Of a stretch of 56,739 nucleotides of DNA, positions 31,527 through 40,594 are shown in pieces. Location of the stretch: positions 1 through 56,739 of the forward strand of contig JBEKTM010000004.1 of NCBI GenBank assembly GCA_049516035.1. The letters are read 5' to 3'. The first letter of the stretch is position 1; the number at the start of each line of letters is the position of its first letter. This DNA is from Dehalococcoidia bacterium (GTDB lineage: Bacteria > Chloroflexota > Dehalococcoidia > GIF9 > AB-539-J10). The notes beneath the pieces are model-generated. The model worked only from the letters and a program-made list of their open reading frames with translations. It made no database searches and was not told where the DNA came from. The position numbers and the translations under genes are program-made.

Positions 31527-32990
31527 CTACTGATTATCCTCCAGCAGTGAATAATTGGCGCCGAAATAATTGTTGAATATCAGACGGAACGTGTTTACTG
31601 GCGATATGTTGTCAGACAAAGTATCGTAATCCATTCCCGGGAGATACATGGCGTTAAGTATCTTTTCCCATTCAGTGTCCCCGATGACTATGCCGGGATG
31701 GTCCGGCCGCTGGCCGTGGTCTGACTGTAAAATGATAATTGGCGGGATTTTCGATTCTTTTATTAATACATCGACCACCTTCTCTATCTCCGCCGAGATG
31801 AAGATATACTGCCCACGATAGAACTGTTTATTTTCATAGTTGTACCAATTTGCAGGGGCAACATACTCGCCATCGGGACCGAATACATAAGGTGTGTGGG
31901 GACATATGAAATGGGCGAAAATGAATTTCGGGCCCTCTAGCTCAGGCAGCGCCTCAAGTTTCTCCAGCATGTACAAGGTCTGGCACCGATAGCTATCTTC
32001 ATACTGACTTCCAGTAACGTAGCCATAGAAGGGCTGCAGCATGGTGGTGTTCCACAATATATACACAAACTCAGTCACCATACTGCTGCTATTATATCCA
32101 TGGTAGTCTAAGTAAAGGTCGACGTTATCATTGGCATACTTTTCCCATGTATACTCTGCAAAGTTGTTGCCGAAAGCAATGTATTGATAGCCCTGTGCCT
32201 TCAGGAAGTCTGCCGCCTTGTTGTCGGCTATTTTTTGGTAGGTAGGCTCACTCCACGGCTCATCATTGAGATACTCCATGTTCAGCACCTCGGCAAGTAC
32301 CTGTGGAGAGTCCGATGACAGTGATTTACTCTCATAAGCTATGAAAAAACCTTTATTCTTCAGGCTGTTGATGAAATCGCTGTTATCGTAATCATACCAT
32401 TCCTTCATGGTATCAGGATGGGCATACTCATCCAAGATGATGAAATAGATATCGGGCAGGGTGCTGAGTTCGGCCGGGCTGGCAACAGTCTGCTCCGACG
32501 ACTTCTCCGGTGCGACGTCACCCAGCCTGGCTAGTTTGACTTGATGAACACCGATGTTAAACAGGTTGATGGCAATGAACACGACCGCCGTTATGTTGAG
32601 AAACTTGGTGGCGATGCGAAAATCCCTTTTTGCCCGGCTGATGAAATAGACGCAGTAGCCCCAGATGAACAGCATGCTGGAGAGCAGGTAGGCGTGTTTG
32701 GGCGCAAACATGGCCCACTCCAGTACATCATAAAGACGTCCGTAGGAGAAAAAGAATAACAGGAATATAGCGGTAGCAATTCCCGCCTTAGTCGGGCTGC
32801 GGAGTATGAGGCTCAAGACTACCCACAACACCAGAGCAGCAGCCACCGAGATTACCAGCGGCAGCCAGACCTCGCTCATCGATGCTTCGCTTATGTTGTA
32901 GGCATAGAGAAACAGGATGGGAAAAGCAGCAAATAGCGGCGGGTAGAAAACCACCGGCCCCTTGAAAATATCTCTCCATTTTTCTTTCAT
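31527..32990 (-). CDS. Membrane-bound sulfatase-like / alkaline-phosphatase-superfamily transferase (LTA-synthase-like topology)
   Basis: N-terminal multi-TM block followed by a soluble domain with IYFIILDEYAHPD and ILQSDHGQRP, resembling sulfatase/phosphotransferase metal-site motifs. Confidence 0.55.
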   Translation of the reverse strand: MKEKWRDIFKGPVVFYPPLFAAFPILFLYAYNISEASMSEVWLPLVISVAAALVLWVVLSLILRSPTKAGIATAIFLLFFFSYGRLYDVLEWAMFAPKHAYLLSSMLFIWGYCVYFISRAKRDFRIATKFLNITAVVFIAINLFNIGVHQVKLARLGDVAPEKSSEQTVASPAELSTLPDIYFIILDEYAHPDTMKEWYDYDNSDFINSLKNKGFFIAYESKSLSSDSPQVLAEVLNMEYLNDEPWSEPTYQKIADNKAADFLKAQGYQYIAFGNNFAEYTWEKYANDNVDLYLDYHGYNSSSMVTEFVYILWNTTMLQPFYGYVTGSQYEDSYRCQTLYMLEKLEALPELEGPKFIFAHFICPHTPYVFGPDGEYVAPANWYNYENKQFYRGQYIFISAEIEKVVDVLIKESKIPPIIILQSDHGQRPDHPGIVIGDTEWEKILNAMYLPGMDYDTLSDNISPVNTFRLIFNNYFGANYSLLEDNQ

Positions 32991-34378
32991 CTCTGTACCC
33001 GGCGCATCAAGTACAGTGTCCTCTGTGATTCCACCATAGCAGAGGAATCTTCCACGGTGAAATAGCGACTAAACTCCTGTTCAAACGCCTGGCGGGTATA
33101 ATTGGGGAAAATGTCCTCTCTGGTAGCCAGAAGCCTCTGGACCTGCGAATCGGTCTTGGGGACAAACTCAATGATGAGCCAGTGGCTGATGTCGCTGAGA
33201 AACCCGGCAATCCTAGACAAGGGGACATTGTTGGAGATGGCCAGGTGATGGACCAGAGCCAGGGCCAGCACAGCATCGGCAGGACCGCGTTCTTTAAGAG
33301 ACATCCGCTCCTTGTTCTCCCAGCCGATAGCCGGGCTGGGATTGGTTAAATCAATCACCAAGGGTAGAATGTTGGTATCACCCCTGGCAACGCAGTCTAG
33401 ATAGTTCTTTTCCACGGCAGCGGGGTCAACGTCAAAGGATACGGTGGGAATTCCTCGGTCGCTGGCAAGACGGCTGAATATACCTACATTGGCGCCCAGG
33501 TCCCAGACAGTGGCCGGTCTCACCCTCTCCAGGAAGCCGGCCACAATTGTCTTCTTGTGTTCGAAGGCCTGCGGTGAGTAATTAGTGTCCTGATAGTAAT
33601 CGGCCCATTCAGTGCCCCGGGGTTGCCATTTCAGCTTCTTAACGATAGATTCCAAGCTGTTAAGAATGCCCAGGGAGGCGTAGCGACTCACCCGGTATTG
33701 TCTGATGTTTATCGGTTTATCGGCAAAATGTTCCTGACTTCGGGCATGAAGGTGGATATGGGAAAGTAAGGAAAATCTTAGGTGCGTGCGCCACGGCAGC
33801 AGGCAGCTCGCTAAATCCAGAGGCAACCCATCTATGTAAACGTGGAGCAACTGACTCAGCCGTATATCTTTATAGCTCATTAAGGCTAGTGGTGCCAGGA
33901 AGTGCTGGCAGAACTGGCGGTAAGCGACCCAGGGTTGTCCCTCACAATATCTCCCAAATGAAAGCGTATCGATGAATACCGGCTTGCCGTTCTTGAACTG
34001 GATGTTGTAAGCGCTGCTATCTCTCAGTGACATGCCGAAGTCAAGGGCTCTTCTCTGTATTTTGAGTGTGGTCAGGGCGGCATCCTTTAGCTGGCTGAAG
34101 CACCACTCGTAGGGATATGAGATAAATGGTATCATCTCCGGCTTGATTATTTTGTAAGCAAGTTCAGGTAGTGGCGGCTCAGTGCTGACTTCCTCATGGG
34201 GAATCAAAAGGTTATCGTCAACGAGCGCCTGGTAAAGACCGGAACTCGTCAGATGGTCATAGTCATCCTTGTAGACCAGGTTTACCTGACGATATATGAG
34301 GCCATCTTGCTGGAAAAGGAAACCGCTGGGGTCGCGGAAGGAGGCCGGGAGCTGTGCACTATCCGCTCTCCTCATCAC
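32987..34378 (-). CDS. Two-domain protein: unknown N-terminal domain plus C-terminal class I SAM methyltransferase
   Basis: N-terminal FRDPSGFLFQQDGLIYRQV. C-terminal VWDLGANVGIFSRLA (motif I), DAVLALALVHHL. Confidence 0.65.
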   Translation of the reverse strand: MMRRADSAQLPASFRDPSGFLFQQDGLIYRQVNLVYKDDYDHLTSSGLYQALVDDNLLIPHEEVSTEPPLPELAYKIIKPEMIPFISYPYEWCFSQLKDAALTTLKIQRRALDFGMSLRDSSAYNIQFKNGKPVFIDTLSFGRYCEGQPWVAYRQFCQHFLAPLALMSYKDIRLSQLLHVYIDGLPLDLASCLLPWRTHLRFSLLSHIHLHARSQEHFADKPINIRQYRVSRYASLGILNSLESIVKKLKWQPRGTEWADYYQDTNYSPQAFEHKKTIVAGFLERVRPATVWDLGANVGIFSRLASDRGIPTVSFDVDPAAVEKNYLDCVARGDTNILPLVIDLTNPSPAIGWENKERMSLKERGPADAVLALALVHHLAISNNVPLSRIAGFLSDISHWLIIEFVPKTDSQVQRLLATREDIFPNYTRQAFEQEFSRYFTVEDSSAMVESQRTLYLMRRVQR

Positions 34379-34634
34379 CTTTTCGTTTCTTAAATAGATT
34401 GCGGAAAAAATTCTTTACCTTCGTCCTGTAAACACCAATCATCGCCAGTACCCCGACAAACGACCCAATGAGGATCTGGATGATAATGCTGCCTGTGCCG
34501 GCGTCGATATAGTAGGCATGAGCTGCCTGGCCGGATGTACCAGCATCGATAGAGGCGTAAACCGTTTGCGAGAAAATCAAGAAAAGCGAAATAACGACGA
34601 CAAGTGTAATTCCTAGCTGTTTTATCCGGGCCAT
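34359..34634 (-). CDS. Small secreted/membrane hypothetical protein
   Basis: 91 aa with a signal-like N terminus (ITLVVVISLFLIFSQTVYA), IDAGT motif twice, a second TM helix and a basic tail. It overlaps the downstream gene start. Confidence 0.45.
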   Translation of the reverse strand: MARIKQLGITLVVVISLFLIFSQTVYASIDAGTSGQAAHAYYIDAGTGSIIIQILIGSFVGVLAMIGVYRTKVKNFFRNLFKKRKGDEESG

Positions 34635-34754
34635 GTCGCTTGCCCTTTCTACATTGTGTTAATTCCTAAACATATTAGTTAACCGATACGCATTTGTCAA
34701 CTTGTGCAGGAACGTACTTTTAAGTGTGCCCGATGCTAGTGCTTGGAAGGCGGT

Positions 34755-34811
34755 GAGATTGCCACGCAGGGTTTACCCCTTCCCTTTCACTTCATTCAGG
34801 GTCAGAATGAC
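34755..34811 (-). repeat. Long-loop copy of the dispersed palindromic repeat family (reverse orientation)
   Basis: Reverse complement reads GTCATTCTGACCCTGAATGAAGTGAAAGGGAAGGGGTAAACCCTGCGTGGCAATCTC. It shares the termini GTCATT... and ...CGTGGCAATCTC with copy 4553-4592. Confidence 0.65.
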
Positions 34812-34929
34812 AAAAAAGATGGGCACAATGCCAAGAAGGCTCAATAACTTGTGCCGATGCTTTAGTAATTCCTCAGCTAGATGAGACCTGTAAATCCCGC
34901 CCCACTGGTAATTATGGCTGTGTTTTTAC

Positions 34930-37409
34930 TCAGGACTGATTTGAGCCAAGATATTTAAAAACTTTCACAGTTGTTGCGTTCACAGTGGCCCCGGGCGGAT
35001 ATGGATATACGAGCTCATAACTGTTCAATTTCTCAAGAGGCACGATGCTACTAAAAGGATCATACCCCACTATTCCATAATTTCCCGACGTCTGGCTTGC
35101 AACATAAGCTTGAGCATCCTCATAGTTGGAAAAAAATACAGGTTGTCCAACAATATTCTTATACGTATAGAACTGCCCTTGCTGTTGGTACACTGATTCC
35201 CCACTCCATGGGATAACTACTGTGGAATTTATCGAAGGAGTCACTGCTTCGCCATTGAAGTTATAAAGCCTAACTGCAGTTGACATATATAAAGCCTAAC
35301 TGCAGTTGACATATAATAAGCGGGATAATAAAGCAAGTAGAGCGCTTGCGGGGCTCCACCGGCTACCTGTGGCGGTATCCCATAATATTCGTAAAAATCA
35401 TCCTCGCTCTCGTTAGCCCAATCCACCATAGCGTGAAACTTTCCAATTACCATGTCATAATCAATCATCACATATTTCGTACCTAAGTTGTACTGCTCCA
35501 CAACTTCCTGGGTGGAGCTTTCATTCTGGGCGGTAAAGAACTTGCCAGCCTGGACAGCTCCAGACTGACCGGGATTGGCATTGGGTATGCGATGGGCAAT
35601 TTGCATTATAAAGTAGCCGTAGTCCCACCAGGACATCACACCGTAGGCAGATTCAGGGTATTGGAACGGAGTCTTGTATAGCTTATAATAGAAATTGGGG
35701 TCATTAAGATCACCAAAAGGGTCGGGGCTGTTATCCCTTAACCACTGAAGAGAGCTATACCATCCCTCATTCATAGTAACAAGTGCTTGCGCGGCGTAAT
35801 ACCGTGTGTAGCCGATGTAAAGCCCACCGATTGATGTGGGCTCATCTCTCCACAGTCCAATACTGGGGAAAAAGACCAGGAAAAAGATGATTATTCCGAC
35901 AACGATGACATTTACCCAGGCACCTCTGGGCTGCATGAATGTTCTTGGTTTCGGTTTCGCCCTGGCTTTCTTTCCCTTCTTCTTGAATTTTCTAACTGCT
36001 ACCACTACTTCTTTAGACTTAGCCAGCAGTTTGCGTAAGCCAGCAATGTCCAGCATTTTCCAGGAGAAATACCCTGTGAGCAAGGCAGCGTTCACAGTAT
36101 AGTAATAACTGAAGCGGCGTTGCCCCAGGACCGCTATTAACATTATTATGCTCCATACCAGGAATAAGATTTTGTCGGCACTTTTTTCCTTAACAGCGAC
36201 ATAGATAAGCATAGCAATGGAAATAAATGAGATGAAGAAGGTGGTGTTAAAGTTAGCCCAGGCCATACTGAAGGTGAAAACGCCATTACCAAAAGGGAAA
36301 AGAAGAGGAGTCGCCTCCATGACAGTGAGCATAGCGCCGGACTGCTTGAAGATGCTAAATAGGCTGAGCATGGACTGAAACAAGAGGGGATTGATGGCAT
36401 GCAAAGCAGCAAGCCCGATTCCCGCCAGTCCCAGCAAGGTCAAGGGATAGTAAACAGGCTTCCAAGCCCTGCCTGCCATGAACCGTGAGATAATACTTAA
36501 GACTACGGGTAACACTATGGCAACCGGCAGAGACACCAGAGAAATGGTATCCAGGCTGCCCTTGACCAATATGGGAAGAAGCATGAGGAAGGCAACAAGG
36601 AAGAGAGGTGTGCCCACAATACACAGATAGTCGCTCGGTTTATGACTCAAGTGGTCCACGATGAACTGAATCACCAGGTAAACAAATATAATGAATACGA
36701 ACAGCAGCCCACCTGCCCAGGTAAGTAGGTAAATACCCAGGAAGATGCCAGCGATCAGGGTATAGACGAGAGGCTTGGTGATAGTTGACCAGTCTTTACT
36801 GAGAATGTGGCTGAAGGAAATCTCCCTTGCTCGAGCTCGCTTAATGGCCATTATCAGAAAGAGTATGCACACGGTGCTAAACAAAACCTCGGCTACATGG
36901 TGGTCGGTAAAGCCAAGCAAGGAACGATTCAGGAATTCGCCAGGCAAGATGGCAACCAAGGCAGCTGAAATTACGCCTACCCAGCGGTTAAACAGCTCCT
37001 TGCCAATAAAGTACACGGGGATGAGCGTCAGAGTGCCCAGGATAGGGGGTATATAAGCGGCCACTACTTCTATGGTATGCAGAGTTGGTGCCCCCCCCTT
37101 AACAAGCAGAATAATAGCAGAGATAAGCCAGGCGAAGAACGGGCGAGAAAGTGCTGCACTACCGCCGGGGAAGAGCATGTATGGGTCAAAAGTATTGTAG
37201 TGAGGAAAGTGTTTGAGCAGAACTTCTATGTTGCGTATGTAATAATAGGCATCAGTCTCTCGAAACCAAACCGCGCCATTGACAAAAATCTGGTCATGAG
37301 GCAAGGCTATCCGTATGTACAATGAGATGCCACAGATAGCGGCCAGAATTATGCCCCATATAGCTATTGAGGGGAGCCTTCGTTTTCGCTCTGGACTTTG
37401 CTCGCTCAC
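34930..37409 (-). pseudogene. STT3/AglB/PglB-family oligosaccharyltransferase, reading frame split by a 26-bp tandem duplication (ORFs 35241-37409 and 34930-35286)
   Basis: About 13 TM helices, then a soluble domain with the diagnostic WWDYG (YGVMSWWDYGYF). N-terminal loop acidic motif RETDAYYY and TDHH (DxH). Both ORFs contain MSTAVRLY at the duplication. Removing one 26-bp copy gives a continuous protein of about 817 aa. Confidence 0.8.
35262..35313. repeat. Perfect 26-bp tandem duplication (2 copies of tataaagcctaactgcagttgacata)
   Basis: Read directly: 35262-35287 equals 35288-35313. The length is not a multiple of 3, so it frameshifts the oligosaccharyltransferase gene. Confidence 0.95.
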
Positions 37410-37457
37410 CTAAAATCCCTGCAAAGGAAATATCTTACTAACCTAAAGATCTTCCAT

Positions 37458-37487
37458 ATTATAAACTTACCACGTCGAATATTACAA
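37458..37487 (-). promoter_or_regulatory. Possible sigma-70 promoter for the oligosaccharyltransferase gene
   Basis: On the minus strand: TTGTAA, 18 nt, TATAAT (plus-strand ttacaa 37482-37487 and attata 37458-37463), about 45 nt upstream of GTG 37409. Confidence 0.35.
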
Positions 37488-37524
37488 TACATCCCATAAC
37501 CCACCAACTCCCTGAGTTCACTTG

Positions 37525-37554
37525 TTGAACCAGAAGCCAGATTTAACCTATAAT
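37525..37554 (+). promoter_or_regulatory. Possible sigma-70 promoter giving a leaderless rhomboid mRNA
   Basis: TTGAAC (37525-37530), 18 nt, perfect TATAAT (37549-37554). ATG 37561 begins 7 nt after the -10 box, and no Shine-Dalgarno is possible. Confidence 0.4.
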
Positions 37555-37560
37555 TGCACA

Positions 37561-38154
37561 ATGCGGACTTATCGCACTGTCAATTTAAATGCCCTATGGT
37601 TTTTAATCGCTCTAAATGTCGCAATCTTCGTAATCGAGTTAATGGTTGGTGGGTATCCCATCACAGTAAATAACCCAGTTGTCCTTTTTCTTGGCTTGAA
37701 CACCGCGCAGCTCTCTCAACAACCCTGGACCATCATAACCAGCGTGTTTGTCCACGGCGGTTTTGCCCACATTATATTCAATATGATAAGCCTGTATTTT
37801 CTGGGGAGTTTCTTCCTCCGGGCGGCAGGAGAGAGAAGTTTCTTAGCAGTGTTTTTTCTGGGAGGGCTGGCAGGAAATCTCCTCTTTGTCCTTCTCGCTC
37901 CATTTTCAATAGGGATAGGAGCCTCGGGAGCTATTTTTGCCATTGGTGGAGCGCTGGCGGTAATGGTCCCCAAGGTGCGAGTTTTTATAATTCCTATTCC
38001 TGTGCCCATGCCACTCTGGATAGCAATCATAATCCTCTTTTTCCTTTCTTTCCTCTTCGCCGGGATAGCCTGGCAAGCTCACCTTGGGGGTTTGTTGCTG
38101 GGGCTCATAGCGGGTCTCATTCTTAAGAAAAGAAGGCAAATCTATTATCTTTGA
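37561..38154 (+). CDS. Rhomboid-family intramembrane serine protease
   Basis: HGGFAHIIFNM (HxxxN) and GASGAIFAIGGA (GxSG catalytic Ser) plus AHLGG (catalytic His) in a six-TM protein. Confidence 0.85.
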   Translation: MRTYRTVNLNALWFLIALNVAIFVIELMVGGYPITVNNPVVLFLGLNTAQLSQQPWTIITSVFVHGGFAHIIFNMISLYFLGSFFLRAAGERSFLAVFFLGGLAGNLLFVLLAPFSIGIGASGAIFAIGGALAVMVPKVRVFIIPIPVPMPLWIAIIILFFLSFLFAGIAWQAHLGGLLLGLIAGLILKKRRQIYYL

Positions 38155-38165
38155 CCCTTTGAGAG

Positions 38166-38921
38166 ATGGAAATAAAGGAAATTCGCTTGCAAGCCGATGG
38201 ACTTGAGCTTGTTGGCGAGCTTCATATTCCGTCAAGGGACAAGGTTCATCCCGCCTTGTGCATCTGCCATGGCATTCCCGCTGCTCCCCCCGACCCCACC
38301 GACAAGGGCTATACACTACTGGCGCAGCGCTTCTGCCATGCTGGCTTCATCACCTTAATCTTTAACTTCCGGGGGACAGGAAAGAGCCCAGGTAACTTAG
38401 ATATTCTGGGCTGGAGTCGAGATTTACAAGCTGCTCTTGATTTCCTGTATAACCTGAAGGAGGTAGATAAGAATCATTTTTGCCTACTGGGATTTAGCGG
38501 AGGGGCAGCGGTTTCCGTTTATGCCGCCGCCCATGACCCTAGAGTATCTTCGGTGGTAACCTGTGCCTGCCCTGCCGATTTCCGCTCTCTCCCTCAGAGA
38601 GAAACGCCTCTGGACACCATCCAACGGTTTCGCCAAATCGGAGCCATCAGGGATAAGGATTTTCCACCCTCAATAGAGGAATGGCAAAGAGGATTTGAGA
38701 CCGTCACTCCCATCAATTGGATAGATAAAATATCCCCCCGCCCCCTGCTTTTGGTGCATGGAGATGCCGACGAATTGATACCCCTAGAGCATGCACATAG
38801 GCTCTACCAGAAAGCTGAAGAGCCCAAAGAGTTAAAAATAATACCCGGTGCTAAGCACAAAATGCGCTTGGAAAAGGCAGCCATGGATTTTGTTCTGGAC
38901 TGGCTAGAGGCGCGGTGCTGA
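38166..38921 (+). CDS. Alpha/beta-fold hydrolase (dienelactone-hydrolase/peptidase S9-like)
   Basis: Nucleophile elbow GFSGGA, HGDADELIP, and the late His in PGAKHKM. 251 aa. Confidence 0.75.
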   Translation: MEIKEIRLQADGLELVGELHIPSRDKVHPALCICHGIPAAPPDPTDKGYTLLAQRFCHAGFITLIFNFRGTGKSPGNLDILGWSRDLQAALDFLYNLKEVDKNHFCLLGFSGGAAVSVYAAAHDPRVSSVVTCACPADFRSLPQRETPLDTIQRFRQIGAIRDKDFPPSIEEWQRGFETVTPINWIDKISPRPLLLVHGDADELIPLEHAHRLYQKAEEPKELKIIPGAKHKMRLEKAAMDFVLDWLEARC

Positions 38922-38969
38922 ACTTTCAAATTCAATGGACTTCTTATTTCCCCTATGTTGTACCGGAGG

Positions 38970-40583
38970 TCAGCCCTTGGCTTTGCCAGCCTGTTTTGCC
39001 AGCCAGTATTCAATGCTGTCGGCCAGTGCCAGCCAGCTAGCTTCGATGATATTGGTGGAGCTGCCTACTGTCCGCCAGTTCTCCCGGCCGTCACTGGATT
39101 CAATGAGCACCCGGACCTGCGATGCAGTGCCTGCAGTTTCCTCCAGGATGCGCACCTTATAATCAATAAGTTTTACAACAGTCAAGTCCGGATAGAACTG
39201 GAGCAAAGCCTTGCGCAGAGCTTGGTCGAGGGCGTCGACTGGGCCATCGCCCTCAGCAGCTGTATGCACTACCCTATTATCTACCTTGACCTTGATAGTG
39301 GCCTCTGACAATGGCTCCTCTTGGTTTCCTCTGGTGGGCGGACGACGCCGCTTCTCCACCACGACCATGAAGTCAACTAGCTCGAAAGGTGGTCGATAGT
39401 CAGGCTGGGCTCGGCGGAGCAAAAGATCGAAGGACGCCTCGGCAGCATCATATTGAAAACCTTGCTTCTCTAATAGCTTAATTTGCTCCAGCACCTTCTC
39501 AACTTCTTTGCCTTTAGGGACAGGTAGTCCACGCTCCTTAGCTTTAAAGACAATACTGCCCTTCCCAGCCAGCTCGGAAACCACAACATATGGGCGGTTG
39601 CCTACCAGATTCGGCTTTATATGCTGGTAGCTATCTTCCCATTTTATTAAACCTGATACGTGAATCCCACCCTTATGAGTGAAGGCATCATCGCCTACAT
39701 AAGGAAGCCGGTCATAATGAGGCATATTGGCCAGTTCTGATACATAGCGAGAGACATCGCTGAGCTTGTTCAGTTGCTTGTCAGTAACGCAATCAATACC
39801 CATCTTGAGTTTCAAAGTTGGTATGATAGAACAGAGATTGGCATTGCCACAGCGCTCGCCATAGCCATTAATGGTCCCTTGAACCTGAACAACACCCGCT
39901 TCCACGGCAGCCAGGGTATTAGCTACGGCAAGCTCGGCATCATTATGGGTATGAATGCCCAAAGGAACAGCTGTCATTGCGAGCGAAGCGAAGCAATCTC
40001 GAACACCTTTAATAGCCTCCGCTATCTGTTGTGGCAGGCTGCCGCCATTGGTATCGCAAAGAATCACGCATTCGGCACCAGTCTTAGCCGCAGCCACCAC
40101 CACTTGCAAGACATATTCAGGATTATCTTTATATCCATCGAAGAAATGCTCGGCATCGAAGAAAACCTTGAGCCCTTTTCCCTTGAGGTAACTTATGGAA
40201 TCTGTAATCATGCTGAGGTTTTCTTCCAGCGTTGTTTCCAGAACTCGGGTTACCTGCTTATCCCAGGCTTTTCCTACAACAGTAACTACCTTGGTTTTGG
40301 CTTGAAGCATGGCCCGGAGATTAAGGTCTTTTTCTGCTCGGCAATCTGAGTGCCTAGTGCTGCCAAAAGCCACTAGAGTAGAATGTTTCAAGCGCAAATT
40401 CCGTGCCTGGGCAAAGAACTCGGTATCCTTAGGGTTAGAGCCTGGCCAGCCACCTTCGATGAAGTCAATGCCCAACTCGTCTAGCTTCTGACAAATCTTG
40501 AGTTTGTCTTCAACAGAAAAGGAAATGCCCTCTTGCTGGGCACCATCCCTTAAGGTCGTATCATAAAGCTGCACCGCTATCAT
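38970..40583 (-). CDS. cimA: (R)-citramalate synthase
   Basis: YDTTLRDGAQQEGISFSVEDKL, GIHTHNDAELAVANTLAAVEAG, and the long LeuA-dimer regulatory C-terminal domain. 537 aa. It contains an in-frame repeat copy (see 39973-40000). Confidence 0.85.
   Translation of the reverse strand: MIAVQLYDTTLRDGAQQEGISFSVEDKLKICQKLDELGIDFIEGGWPGSNPKDTEFFAQARNLRLKHSTLVAFGSTRHSDCRAEKDLNLRAMLQAKTKVVTVVGKAWDKQVTRVLETTLEENLSMITDSISYLKGKGLKVFFDAEHFFDGYKDNPEYVLQVVVAAAKTGAECVILCDTNGGSLPQQIAEAIKGVRDCFASLAMTAVPLGIHTHNDAELAVANTLAAVEAGVVQVQGTINGYGERCGNANLCSIIPTLKLKMGIDCVTDKQLNKLSDVSRYVSELANMPHYDRLPYVGDDAFTHKGGIHVSGLIKWEDSYQHIKPNLVGNRPYVVVSELAGKGSIVFKAKERGLPVPKGKEVEKVLEQIKLLEKQGFQYDAAEASFDLLLRRAQPDYRPPFELVDFMVVVEKRRRPPTRGNQEEPLSEATIKVKVDNRVVHTAAEGDGPVDALDQALRKALLQFYPDLTVVKLIDYKVRILEETAGTASQVRVLIESSDGRENWRTVGSSTNIIEASWLALADSIEYWLAKQAGKAKG
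39973..40000 (+). repeat. 28-nt copy of the dispersed palindromic repeat embedded in frame in cimA
   Basis: gtcattgcgagcgaagcgaagcaatctc, identical to 50652-50679. On the cimA strand it encodes RDCFASLAMT between AIKGV and AVPLGIHTHND. Confidence 0.9.
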
Positions 40584-40594
40584 GGAAATTCCCC

